Assembly: GCF_964204645.1 (NCBI RefSeq)
Contig: NC_134027.1
Coordinates: forward strand, 25,134,560-25,198,559
DNA length: 64,000 nucleotides
Direction of reading: 5' to 3'
DNA from: Tubulanus polymorphus
Taxonomy: Eukaryota > Animalia > Nemertea
Positions 21,441 to 33,342 of this stretch are shown here, in pieces. The notes below the pieces were generated by a model, which saw nothing but the letters and a program-made list of their open reading frames with translations, was not told where the DNA came from and searched no databases. Within the stretch, counting starts at the first letter, position 1. Each line of letters begins with the position of its first letter. The position numbers and the translations under genes are program-made.

Positions 21441-22217
21441 AAACCGACATATCTGGTCAATCTATAGACTGCGCATGAGTGGTCGTGGCAGGATTATTCC
21501 TGCTCGCATTGAGCATGAACCATACCGGAGACCGGGGTCAACTAAAATGATATCGAGATACCGCAGAGATGCCACGACCACAATTTGGGTTCACCTTTAA
21601 CTCGTGTTAATTCTGAGAGGAAACTGATGGCTCATTCATGATTAGGAGAATTTAGAAAATGTTCTGAAAATATAAATATATGAAATATATAAAACATCCA
21701 ACAGCTCGTGGCCGTCCAATTCTGCAATAGTCATACAACTCATCTTCCTATCTTCGGTCCAGTGCCGCGTAGCCTTTTCCATGTGACAAACTCCGATCGG
21801 AGCGCTTTTGAAGGGTATCGTTAATGAAAAATCAATTGTTTGCCCTATTGTAAAGTTCAGTAACAGCATGGTTGATTCGGTCCAGTGAAATTGCTGAACA
21901 GATTGCCCCGGTGACGTCATCATAAAGAGGAAACCGTACATCGTGCGAAGCCTACATCATTACCATAGTTAAAACAACTTTGATTCCCTCAATAAACTAC
22001 GTACAAAGCCTGTTATGCTGAAGAATAATTCGAAGCCAAGCATACATCTTGTAAATGGTAAGTTTTGCACCCATGGCTTCTGTCGCCTTGCTAAGCCGTA
22101 ATGTGGTCAAACACAGGTATACCAGACCCTCGAAGTTCGTAGATGCCCTGATTATCTTTTTTGATGTATGAAATATGGCATTGGTGGGCCAGTTGATCTA
22201 ACACTGGTTGCTTAACA

Positions 22218-24890
22218 GATTAGATTAAGATTAAGATTTAAATTTATTGCTCCAGAAAATTGTACATTTTTTGCGAGCACAGGATACATACAAAATAAAC
22301 AGTTTGCAGTTATAAAATAACAGTTGCTAGTCATACAATAACTAGTTATATTTACAATTGAAAAGTTATTTTGAAAAGTTCGTGTATACCAGGAACAGCG
22401 ATGAGGTGAGGCTAGATAAGGCTATGTGCCTTTTTTATAAAAACTGCAAGATTCCTTAGGACGTTTGGGTTTTCTGACGTAAAAAGGTTCATAAATTTTC
22501 TTATATTGGGAAACGTTACTATTTGTTGCGGTATGTACCGACTTCTTAAACTTTCGAAAAAAGTACACTCCATTATAAAATGGTATTCGTCGCCGATTTG
22601 CCCTAGGTTACATTTGGTACAAAGTCGTTCATTTCGGGGGATATTTTCATATCTTCTTGTTTCAATCGGTAGATTATGATTAGAGCAACGAAACCGTATT
22701 ACATTTGTCCTGAGGTCAAATGGTAGTGCTAATGAACATACTTCCCGCCCCCAATTCGGCTTAATAATTCTATAGGTATCTAGTTTTGTTGAAGCTGCGA
22801 TAGTCTGGTGCCATTTCTGTTTGAATTGATCTTGTAAACATAATTTAACAGTTTCTGATAAATACCGGATATTCGGGAAAGATTGTTCGTACCAAATGTA
22901 ACCTAGACCACAGTTTTCTAAGATAGACTGAATACAAGTGATCCATTTACTGGTCTTACCATTTACATGATTTTTTATTAGGATACGATACATTTTACTA
23001 GAATGAGTGTTGCTCTCTGTGATCAGATGTCCCCAAAACTTAACCATTCTGACTTTTATTTGTATTTCAAAAGGAAAACGACCTAATTCTCCATAAACCA
23101 TAGCATTTGGAGTTGCACGTTTCAATTTCAATAAGTATTTGCAGAACATTAGGTGTATTTTCTCGATTGCATCTAAGTTCGAGAAACCCCATATTTCACT
23201 ACCAAAGGTAAGGATCGATCCCACCATTGCATCAAAAATTTTAAATGCAATGTCTATAGTTAGGGAGTATTGCTGTACTTTTTTAAGAACAAAAATAGTG
23301 CTTTTTTTGCTTGGTCACAGATATCTGTTTTGCATTTAGCGAAATTTCCAGTATAATTAAAGTGTCCTCCCAAATATCTAAAGTCAGATACTGTATCCAA
23401 GGCTACCCCCCTGATATAGAAAATGGGCTGTCTGTTAGATCGTCTTTTTTCGAAAACTATGGCTTTTGTTTTTTCGACATTGATTACTATCTGCCATGTT
23501 TGGCAGTAATCCACAACATGGTCAAGTATATTTTGCAGTTTGGAAGCATTGTCAGATAATAATAAAGTATCGTCGGCATATAAAAGTATTAATATGTTAA
23601 ACCAGAAATCATCCAGCTGGAAATCTAATCCTTGACACCCTTTCTCGTATAAGAAAGACTCGAGGTCATTGACAAATATGGAGAAAAGCACTGGTGACAG
23701 ATTTTCCCCTTGACGTAACCCAATTTGACTATCTATGCTTTCTGATAATCGATCGTTTACCGTGACCTTAGATTTAATATGTTGATACATGTTATGAATC
23801 ACTCGGAGGATATTTCCTGTAATTCCCGTTAAAATTAATTTATGCCACAGTGCTTTTCTCCATATTGTATCGAATGCTTTTTGGTAATCAATAGATATAC
23901 AGTAAAGCTTCCGCTTATTACTAGTCAGAATATCTATAAGGGAATGCAATGTGAAAATATGGTCCATGATACTACGATTTTTTCGAAATCCAGCTTGATT
24001 TTCATTCAGTAATTGGTTATCCATCAAAAACTCCTCTAAACGTTTATTAATCAGGCTCGTAAACAATTTGCTCATACAGCTTAATAGAGTAATTCCTCTG
24101 TAGTTATCCGGATTGGAAGGGTCTCCCTTATTCTTAAAGATTGGAGTGATAATACCTACAGCCCACTCTTCCGGAATGCAGCCAGTTTTCAAAATATTGT
24201 TAAACAACAAAACGATGATTTCATTTTCTGCAGTTTTGAGGAATTCGTTTAAAATTTCGTCGTTTCCAGGGGCTTTATTATTTTTGAGGCATTTTATACA
24301 TTTAGATATTTCTCCCTCAGTGATTAGCCTATTAAGTGCATCATCATTGTGGTCATGAAGGAAGTCATTCACATTGAAAAAATTACGATTATCATTTTCT
24401 GCACTACGGTTTTGGTTAATGACGGAAAAGTGGTCAAATAAATCATCTAGCGACGCTTTACATTCATTTGGTTTTTCCTTTCGGAAATATTTCCAAAAAG
24501 CTTTTGGATCGTCTTTTGCTAACTTTCCTATTTGGTCATTGTGCAATTTAACTTTCTTTTGTTTTGATATCTTTATCGATGTTTTATACCTCTTATACGC
24601 CGAATTCAGATTAGTTCTATTTTGGACGGATCGATATCTTTTATAATTTCTTTTCGCTTTCCTATAAATTCTACGGTCTCGTTTCACTTTATAGTCATGT
24701 AACAAAGTTTTTGGTTTGTCAAAGTTAACCCGGCTTCGGCCCATTGTGGCCCCTGCCGCCTTATTTAAAATGTCGCATATACGCTTATTCGCACAGGCGC
24801 TGTCTATTATATCATTTTGAAGTTCGATATTTATTTTATTCAATTCGGTTTGGTTGATTGCCTCTCTAAAAACATCGCTTCGACCACTAA
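22218..24890 (-). mobile_element. 5'-truncated non-LTR retrotransposon (RTE-X-like; CR1/L2 not excluded), RT ORF broken by one frameshift
   Basis: ORF 24843-23260 has KAPGNDEI, NYRGITLLS, NQAGFR, DYQKAFD, GLRQGENLSP and LLYADD. It continues in another frame (23227-22412) to RFRCSNHNLPIETRR..RLCTKC..GDEYHFIMEC. AATAAA at 22248-22243 is followed by an (AATCT[T])n tail. No endonuclease domain is present. Confidence 0.93.
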
Positions 24891-26439
24891 CAATATGACG
24901 TCACCTGCACGCGAATTCCATAGAAAGTCATAATTCGGATACTTGGTCAACCTGAACAATGGTTTTTCCCCTCATAACCAACTTATTTCTAAATTCATCT
25001 GCAATTTGGTTAAACTTAAATGTTCCTTTTGTTCCCCTTTTCTCGCCCTCCTTGTTTTGTTATAATTTAATTTACTCAATTACTGTCACTCTCTCAACTT
25101 TGAATCACTTTTGTTTTAGTTAATTACACCTTAGCTGAATTCGCTCTTAATTACTTTATCTATTCAACTTAATTATGTCTCTATGTTCTGGTATATATAT
25201 AAATATTTCTACTTCTTGTTGATTCAATATTCCTGAAGATGACTATTAGGTTTAAGTCGATCAACGTCGAATGAATAAAAACACATCAGCTATACAGGAA
25301 ACATTTTTCGGACTTAATTTTTCGATTTATCAGTGTGGGATTCTCAACTATATCCATAGGAAGTCACAGGAGCTAAAAGTGATTTGATGTAGAAAATATT
25401 CTCAAATCCACAGATAATGAAGTTGATGTTGTTGATGATCATATCGGGTTTGCTGGTTACCAGTGAGAATAAAAGCGCAGCAGAACCAAATATTTCTGGA
25501 AACAGGGGTACATATATATATTCCATGAATTTCTAAAAAAAAATTCAATAAAAAGCGCGTAAAAAAATTCATGTCGAAAATGGTAAAATGGCAAAAGTTA
25601 TAAGATCGCCTGTCACAAATTATAAATTTGTATAATTTCAGATTTTGAGGATGAAAACCCGGGCGCACTTGGTCCCGATTCAACTTCAGAACTGGGAGTG
25701 TTCGCAGAAAACTCGGTCACGATTTCCGCAACTCGAAAACAATCCCGAAAAAGGTATTTTTGGTTTACAACAGCGAGTTTTTATTCTGTTTTACAAGTTC
25801 AATAAAAACGGCCTTTTGTCTATTAACAGAAATTCAGATTGAAAAGAGAGGAGTCGATAAGAATGGGTGTTGGTGAAGGGGACATATCGGTTTATGAGTA
25901 CTGACAAAAGTTGTTGCCAGAAAACTATGGGAAGGTGTTGTTTATAGCGTTTATTTTCTGATTCTTGAAACAATTAATTTTCAAGTCGAATAGAAGCAAT
26001 AACATGCAGTCAACAAACCCGCTTAATTCGGATTTTGGTCTATAGAATATATTATATTCAGAAAATATTTGCAATGCATTTTTTCGGCGATATACAAAAT
26101 GATTTTTAATCCGGATTTCTCGTAAACCGGATGAATTTTGTTGGTCCCAAATGATCCGAATTAAGCGGATTCTACGGTATAATGTAATGTACAAAACCTC
26201 ATTTCTAGTTGAGCTTTTTCAATTTTTGAGCCCACTTGAAGGAGGGAGACCCAGCGTTGAGTTCACTTTCGGTTTGTCGTCTGTGAAGTTTTCGACACGC
26301 TTTGTTTGATTGCCTTTCTATCAATTGATTGATACAAACTATAGGGACATATCATCAGCCAAATAAAGACTGGCTTGATCAGAATCAAAATGGCCGGTCT
26401 GTATGTATAATCAGCAAGTGATTGAGCCCAAAGTTCATT

Positions 26440-27025
26440 AGAGGTGTACCCTTAAGAGCGCCCAAAAGATCGATAAAGGAGTGGCCAAAAGATCGCTAGA
26501 GGTGTGCCCATAAGATCGCTTACGTGATCACTATTATCAATAACCAAACTTGTCAATCAGTAATTGATACAATCTGGCAGTTTGGCGATACTCCCAGACC
26601 GGGTAGAAATGTCAGTGAATACCAGCGATTATTTTGTAATTAATTAATTCTTAGGCCTTTTGACACAGAGAGACTCAGAAAGTTATTCTGATTCTATATC
26701 TCTCTGTGACGACATCACGATTTACATACACAGGAATCTCACTCTTTTTTCATCCGCTGATATTCACAATTCCCTCGAAGCTTATAAAAGGGCGAAACAC
26801 AACAGACATTTGTTTTGTAAAAATATCTTGGGCGGTGTAATAGACCGAAGGATTTTCGGCAGGAGACGATGCTGATAAGCATACATTGTTTTAACCATCT
26901 CTTGCTATACGCAATAGTCGTCAAAGGCGATGATAGTTTAACATTTCACTGCGTTTGCCTTGAGCGCGACTGATGGAACTGTTCGATCGTTTACCAGCAG
27001 ATTTCAAAAGCAATCATTCGAAAAA
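26440..27025 (+). pseudogene. Decayed partial duplicate of the NERD1-like gene (upstream repeats plus exon 3, possibly exon 2)
   Basis: 26930-27025 (gatagttt..catttcactgcgtttgccttgagcgcgactgatgg..ttcgaaaa) matches exon 3 at 35570-35677 with indels. 26450-26530 (gcccaaaagatcg repeats, gcttacgt.atc) matches 33050-33210. Confidence 0.8.
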
Positions 27026-27499
27026 CGCACGTGACATGAGGGTTCGATGAAACAATAATAAACATAAAAAGATGTACTTGTTTATTGCGGGTGGGCGCAT
27101 TTTAATTTCAATATTTAAAAAAAACGTTTCTAGTAAGCTAAGTAATCTATAGACTTGAGGCGGGAGGGCGCATTTTGTTTCCATGGATGTTTGTTGGTTT
27201 ATTTTCTAATGCGGACGGTATTTGGAAGGAGGAACAAGATCCGCCTACATGTATCATTTTTGACCTCGTTGGCCTAATAAACTCGTTAGAAATGTATTTA
27301 TTTAACAGATGCGAATGTTTTATTTATTCGGGATATTCAGGTACATACATATTCAATATCAGTGAAAAAACTAAATCTCCTGAATAAACATATATTCAGG
27401 TATGTATCATAATGGTGCGGTTTCTGAAATTTTTCTCAATTTCCGGAATCATTTAAAAATTTCCGGAAAAATCTAAGGAGGGGTCTTACAATTTAAACA

Positions 27500-28590
27500 A
27501 ATAATTCCAAAATTTTCCGGAAAATTCTAGAAATCTCATTATCGCAGAGGGGGGGGGTCACTTGAAATTCCGGGAAATACATTCCGGATTATTCTGGAAA
27601 TTTCCGGAAATCTCATTCCAAAAATTGTTGTGTTTAAACAAATTGTTTTTTTGCTGGGTTTTTTTTGGGGGGTTAGGGTTTAGTGTTTAAGGGGTTAGGG
27701 TTTAGTGTTTAGAGGGCTAGGTTTTAAAGGGTTTGGGTTTAGGGGGTTAGGGGGTTAGGTTTTAGAGGTTTAGGTTTGAGGGTTAGTTTTAAGAGGGTTA
27801 GGGTTTAGGGGGTTAGGGTTTAGTGTTTAGAGGGTTAGGTTTTAGAGGGTTAGGGTTTATGGGTTTAGGGGGGGGGGTTAGTGTTTAGTGTTTAGAGGGT
27901 AAGGGTTTAGTGTTTAGAGGGTTAGGGTTTAGTTTTTAGAGGGTTAGGGTTTAGGCGTTAGTGTTTAGGGGGTTAGTGTTTAGTGTTTAGAGGGTAAGGG
28001 TTTTAGTGTTTTGAGGGTTCAGGGTTTAGAAAGTTAGGTTTTAGAGGGTTAGTGCTACTGTTTCCTACCATTTTATACGTACTATTCGTCTCAAAATCGT
28101 TTGAAATGTCCTGAGAAGCTCCAAGATATGTACAAAAATGCTTCCATCGATTTGTCATACATTTAGGGAAAAGCTGTGATGATTTCAAAAAAGAACACAG
28201 TTCTAAATAAAACGTTAATAAAACGCCATTTTATTAATTAACATTCACACAAAACTTTGTGTTAAAACTTTGTTATGGTATCCAGGTGACCCATTAATTC
28301 TGGAACCGTCCGGAAATTTCTGGAAAAATAATTCTGATTTTCCGGAATTCCGCGGTACCCCTCCCCCCCTCCGTGCCGTTACGCGATCAGCTTTCTGGAA
28401 AGATCCGGAAATTTCTGGCAAAACCATTCTATTTTATTCTGGAACGTCCGGAAATTTCTGGAAAAATAATTCTGATTTTCCGGAATTCCGCGGTAAATCC
28501 GTGCCGTTACGCGATGAGCTTTCTGGAAAGATCCGGAAATTTCTGGAAAAGCGATTCTATTTTATTCTGGAATGATCCGGAAATAGTCAG
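27500..28590. mobile_element. Non-autonomous element with TTCCGGAA-rich imperfect inverted arms around the telomere-like tract; right arm tandemly duplicated (~140 bp)
   Basis: 27505-27615 is an imperfect reverse complement of 28295-28420, including the G-run/C-run. 28295-28435 is repeated at 28436-28575. Confidence 0.55.
27669..28050 (+). repeat. Degenerate telomere-like tract (TTAGGG / TTTAGGG / TGTTTAG variants)
   Basis: About 380 bp of ggttagggtttag(tgtttag)agggttagg-type units. Confidence 0.9.
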
Positions 28591-29216
28591 AAAAACGATA
28601 GTAAAGTATGAACAATGTCAGAAATCTCGTATGTATCTATGACAGATATTAGCAAACGCATTTTTCAAAGTTTCCCGAAATGAAAATCAACACCATTAAA
28701 GTATTTGCCATTTAAAAGGGATTTTTGAGGAATAAAAGAGTCGTAGGGACCCTGTATAAGACACCGAGGAGTTAAAGAACTGTTCAAGTTACCCTTAAAA
28801 GTTTCAACGTGCAACCAATAATCAACCTGTGTAGGAAATGTCATTAATGTTAGATGTTAAAATACAAGAAAGCATTTTACGGCCAACCCTAATAGAGTTC
28901 ATATCAACTGTTGGAACTTGCATGATATGAACTACTGCTGGCAACTACTGGTAACCCTTTTGGGCCGACAGAGAATACTCAATTCTTAAATTCAGCTTCA
29001 TTTCATCATCCGTATTTTCAACGTACCGTATTCAGAATTTGTTGATGTTTGTCATTATTACCTTTTTGACCCAAAAGAGAAATGAGGTTGATTTGTTATT
29101 CGGGGTATTTAGATTAATACTAGATTTTTAGAAAATGAATATTTCAACTGGGGATTGAAACTGCTTAAAAATATTCAATTCTAAAAGCCGCTTACGATCA
29201 ACGGACCAACTGACTG

Positions 29217-29223
29217 TATATAA
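29217..29223 (+). promoter_or_regulatory. Candidate TATA box of the Cys-rich peptide gene
   Basis: TATATAA lies ~55 bp upstream of a consensus donor CAG|GTAAGT at 29278/29279, implying a short non-coding first exon. Confidence 0.5.
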
Positions 29224-29937
29224 CTGATCAATTTTTATGGGTTGATAATTGTTCTGAAGCTGATCACAAACTCATCAGGTAAGTGCATGGGCTACGAGTG
29301 AGGTAAGAAAATTCGTTATCCATCGAATCAAAGTTCTACAATAAAAAGTAAAGAACAGAAGCTGCCGATTTTAAATTGTTTCCCGACTTTTTTCTAAATG
29401 CTTTGAAAATTTCCAATGAATGAGTCTAAAGTGTATAAAATGTGTTTGACATGAACAGTGCTGACCACTGTACATAAAACTGACTAGGGAAACGCGGTGA
29501 AATGTGACAGTAACCGCGATCATACGGAGACCATTTGGTGCGGGTCACACTGGCCCTCCCCAGACCCGGGTCAAATTAGGCCAATGGTTTATTATTGAGC
29601 GTGTTCATGCGCAAATCACTCAGTCAAAAATGAAGCGGCAAGATGAGATGATGATTTAGGAGGTGAGGTGAATAGTTCGCGTCGTCACTAATTGCCATTC
29701 ACACACAATCATTTCACCCTTGCTAAAATTTGGGATATGGCCTGGTTCGATGTTTTTGGTACGGACCTAATTAGCACCGGTCTGAACGATTGATCCATCA
29801 CTGGCTTCATCTGGCACGGGCCTAATTTGGGTAAATTACTGGGACATAACTAAAGGATTAAATCGACAATTATAGTATAACTATCATAGTGTAATAGTTA
29901 CTCAATAACCATTAAACATTTCTAATTCACTTTCAGA

Positions 29938-30215
29938 ATGTTTACTAAAACTCTGTTCATCGCGTTGGCCTTGTTTATGGTCGCAGGAGCTGCCGCGGCT
30001 ACTGAAGGTATTTTTCTCGGTTTATAACAGCCGTTTCCAACAAAGTTTTTATTCCACAAACATAAATCAAAGTGGCGTTTTATCTTTTTACAGAAATTCG
30101 GATTGGAAAGCGAGGACTTTCGTGTATTTGTAATGGGAAATCTGGTACATATTGGGTCATGAGTTTAAACCCGAAATGTTGTTCTTCAATTTTGGGACAA
30201 TGTTGTCCTAATTAA
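29938..30215 (+). CDS. Secreted six-cysteine peptide precursor (63 aa), toxin/defensin-like
   Basis: Coding exons 29938-30007 and 30094-30215 are joined by an 86-bp phase-1 GT-AG intron, giving MFTKTLFIALALFMVAGAAAATEEIRIGKR-GLSCICNGKSGTYWVMSLNPKCCSSILGQCCPN*. Acceptor TTTCAG lies just before the ATG; AATAAA at 30255-30260. Confidence 0.85.
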
Positions 30216-30594
30216 GATTTCTGTTTCTGATATTTCGATAATAGTAATATTTCGAATAAAAAAACAGATACAATATCTCTTTTCTAGTTTTCAGCTGTTT
30301 TTTGTTTAAGCATTGGCCCAGGGCAGAATGCATTCACTTTCAGTTCGTCGCCCAGTTTTCTTGTAAAGTTTCAACACGCTTTGGCGGATTTCGTGAACAC
30401 CAATCTACCGGCGTCCCTTGACACCAGCCCAACAACTGAGTAGATCAGATCTAAGTTAACCGATTTGCAGCCAATTGACTGTCCATATATATAATGTTCG
30501 CATGAATTAGTAGGTACATTTCTGCGTGGTGGTGGGCTCTGAGTGTCAAGACCGCCGCCGGACTAAAAGCGGACTTTAGAAAACGACATAGTTT

Positions 30595-31110
30595 TTCGAT
30601 CCCAATTTACAAATGATTTCCGAAATCATTCGTAGGCATTACAAAAACATCCATTTGGATCGCTATTTCTCAGCCAGAGATGGCTAGTCACGGCCAATCC
30701 TTCTTCCGTGGTCTAGTTCCGATCGGATACCCAACGCTGATGATTCAAAAGAAGCCTACTTTTTTAATGAGTGGTAAACTACAATCCTGGAAGTGTTAGT
30801 GTTTCCACAGTAATCTCCGTCCTCGAGTGTATTGGTGCCTCTGAATATTGTACAATCAATAGCAATCGCCAAAATTCTATACTTCGGACTAACTGCGATA
30901 GTATTCGCGAGGGCGAAACCACTACTTATCGATTCTTTAGTCCGGGTCGTCAGCCGTGTTTGACCTGGTCTGAGTCAGGCATTCCGTAATTAATGACGTC
31001 ATCAACTCTGAGCTGTGCGAAATAACCAGTGTCGAGGAAAAGTCAGAAATTCGTCTGAAAAAAGTACAAATATGCCTGAAAATAGAAGGATACGACGTTA
31101 GAATATTATA
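30595..31110 (+). mobile_element. Possible decayed Penelope-like element (linker and GIY-YIG region)
   Basis: Broken frames FDPNLQMISEIIRRHYKNIHLD, GYPTLMIQKKP, ..INSN..RTNCDS..GET and EIRLKKVQICL resemble the Penelope thumb-linker and GIY-YIG pattern. Multiple stops and indels. Confidence 0.35.
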
Positions 31111-31274
31111 AAACGTGTCACTTAACAGTGTATAAGTGTTGGCCATTGAATGCAGTACATTTGAATTGAATATTGCACCGGATTCGAACTAAAAATCAGC
31201 GTTAAATGCAGAACCTGCCGTATTTCAAGTCAAATGACAATCAAGATTTATTCGACAAGTATTGCGGCCTTCGT

Positions 31275-32759
31275 CAGTCAGGAACACTTTCCAAAAACGG
31301 CTTATTCTGCCAATTTCGGCGTTTTCCGCCAATAACGGCAGAATCAGCCGTTTATGGATCACTCAGTTTTGAAACTTTTACAGTCGTTTATGGCTTAATC
31401 AGCCAGTTTCAGCTCACTAAGTTTCGAGTTTTGCTTCAAAGTTTTTTGCGCACTTCCGGTCAAATTAGCGCATGTTGCCGATTACGTCATAATCTCGAGC
31501 AGACGATAAGCTTTCATATGACGCTAGGATGGAAATTTTTGAGCTAGGTAAAGTGGTCAAATTCACGTTTTTCTAAATGATTACGTCATATGCAGCCCAA
31601 AAACTCCGGGAAAACTCTCAAAACTACTACAGCATGAAACAAGTTTATTAATCATGATTTTTGTTAAAAATAAATTTGGGAACTAGTTTTAAAAACTATT
31701 ATAAAGTTTTCAATTAAACGTTGCCATGGGTACACATAAAAACATTCGCCATTTCTGGCGTATTCCGCCGTTTTTGGCGTAGTTAGTTTTATAATCATAA
31801 ACTATTAAGCCATTATTGGCAGTCCACTTGTTATATATGAGGATTCCCCCACCCGCTTAGACGTTTTCCCTAGTGTCTACAGGGTACTTTTTTTCGGAAT
31901 AAAATAATTAATTTGCTGAGGTGAACGGATGTGTAAATATTATATGTTAAAAATAAAAATAAAATAATTATTATAATTATCATTCTCATAAGACAAATCA
32001 ATCATGGATGTATAAACTAGTGTATCAAAAATCTAGTTTTAAGTTTTGCCCATGGTCTTATCTTGCCTAATAAAGCATAGAATGGTTGAGTGAATAAAGA
32101 ATATTGGACTGCATATGATGTTGGTTGATTGAAGGTAATTATAACATCCTCGATGCCTCCCAGCTATTTGGACTTGTGATGGGTAGTGATTGAATGAATT
32201 GGTGGCCGATGACGTTACAACACTCAGAATCAATACAGCTGTATCTAGATTCATTTCAAAATAAAACAAACATTTTCGAAACAATTTGGGATACATGTAT
32301 GTATATATTTATTACATAGAATACAGGTATAAAGAAAGAACAGAATTCAAATACATTTGCCATCGGAAACCCGTACATTTATATTTAATTCTTTCTTGAA
32401 GCCTGGAATGGATCAATGAGATTAATTTTTCGGCGCAAATATACAAATGTATGCCAGCAGAAAAGCGATGATGTCATAATAGGGACTCCCATCGAACTAA
32501 GCACTATAAATAGCACCTGTAAAACTATCTAAGCTAAAACGCCGTTTCTGGCGATGTAGTTTTAAAAACTGTAACAGCTGAAAACGGCGGAAATGGCGTT
32601 TTTTAAGAACAAGCCAAAAATGGCAGAAAACGCCGATTTCGGCTAAATTGGCAGAAGCAGTTTAAAACTGAGTAATCCATAAATGGCTGATTCCGCCGTT
32701 ATTGGCGGAAAACGCCGAAATTGGCAGAATAAGCCGTTTTTGGAAAGTGTTCCTGACTG
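31275..32759. mobile_element. Non-autonomous DNA transposon, ~100-bp TIRs starting CAGT, 5-bp TSD TTCGT
   Basis: cagtcaggaacactttccaaaaacggcttattctgccaatttcggcg... is mirrored at 32660-32759. ttcgt occurs at 31270-31274 and 32760-32764. No transposase ORF. Confidence 0.9.
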
Positions 32760-33342
32760 TTCGTTAAAAGTCATCACAGTGTCCGAAGTATTATTATTTA
32801 TTATCCTGAGTAGAAATAGAACTGATTGATAACCATATTGGAGTAATATTGATAGGCCTATGTATTTGATGTACCAAGGCAAGTTGTCGTTACGGTTACC
32901 TACAACGTCGTTTGGGGAACAACGGCTAGGTACTAGACTAAAGGCGAAAAAGACTGAAGTTGCCCTAACATTTTGTATGCTGAAGTTGTCCTGACATTCT
33001 GCTACAGTGCTTGTAGGCTCCGCTCAGACAGATCAAACAGATCACTTGAAGAGTGCCCAAAAGATCGTTAGGGCAGTAGGGCCTACCCAAACGATAGCTA
33101 CAATAGTGTGCGAAAGGTAGCTAGAGAAAAGCCCAAAAGATCGCTAGGGGAGTGCCCACAAATATGTCCCTGTGAACTAAAAGACCGATCAGTGAAGCTT
33201 ACGTAATCGTGATGTGAGAAACTCTTCGAAGAGTTGAAGGGTAGGAGTGATATCCGAGTTGGATGGGTCGGAGAGATACTACGACAAAACGCGGCCTCTC
33301 AATCGAACGTTTATCTCGTCGGAGGTCGTCTCCGGCTGGAGT

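Noticed and set aside
21642-22200. Coding-looking minus-strand stretch next to the LINE tail
   Set aside because: Several stops and no motif I can assign; left unannotated.
25340-26240. Possible DNA transposon with ctcaacta/tagttgag ends
   Set aside because: The inverted match is too short, and no TSD or transposase was seen.
27669-28050. True chromosome end or head-to-head fusion site
   Set aside because: The tract is short, degenerate, single-orientation and internal, with genes on both sides.
31206-32882. Two ORFs sharing QSGTLSKNGLFCQFRRFPPITAESA
   Set aside because: They are translations of the two TIRs of the DNA transposon, not paralogous genes.
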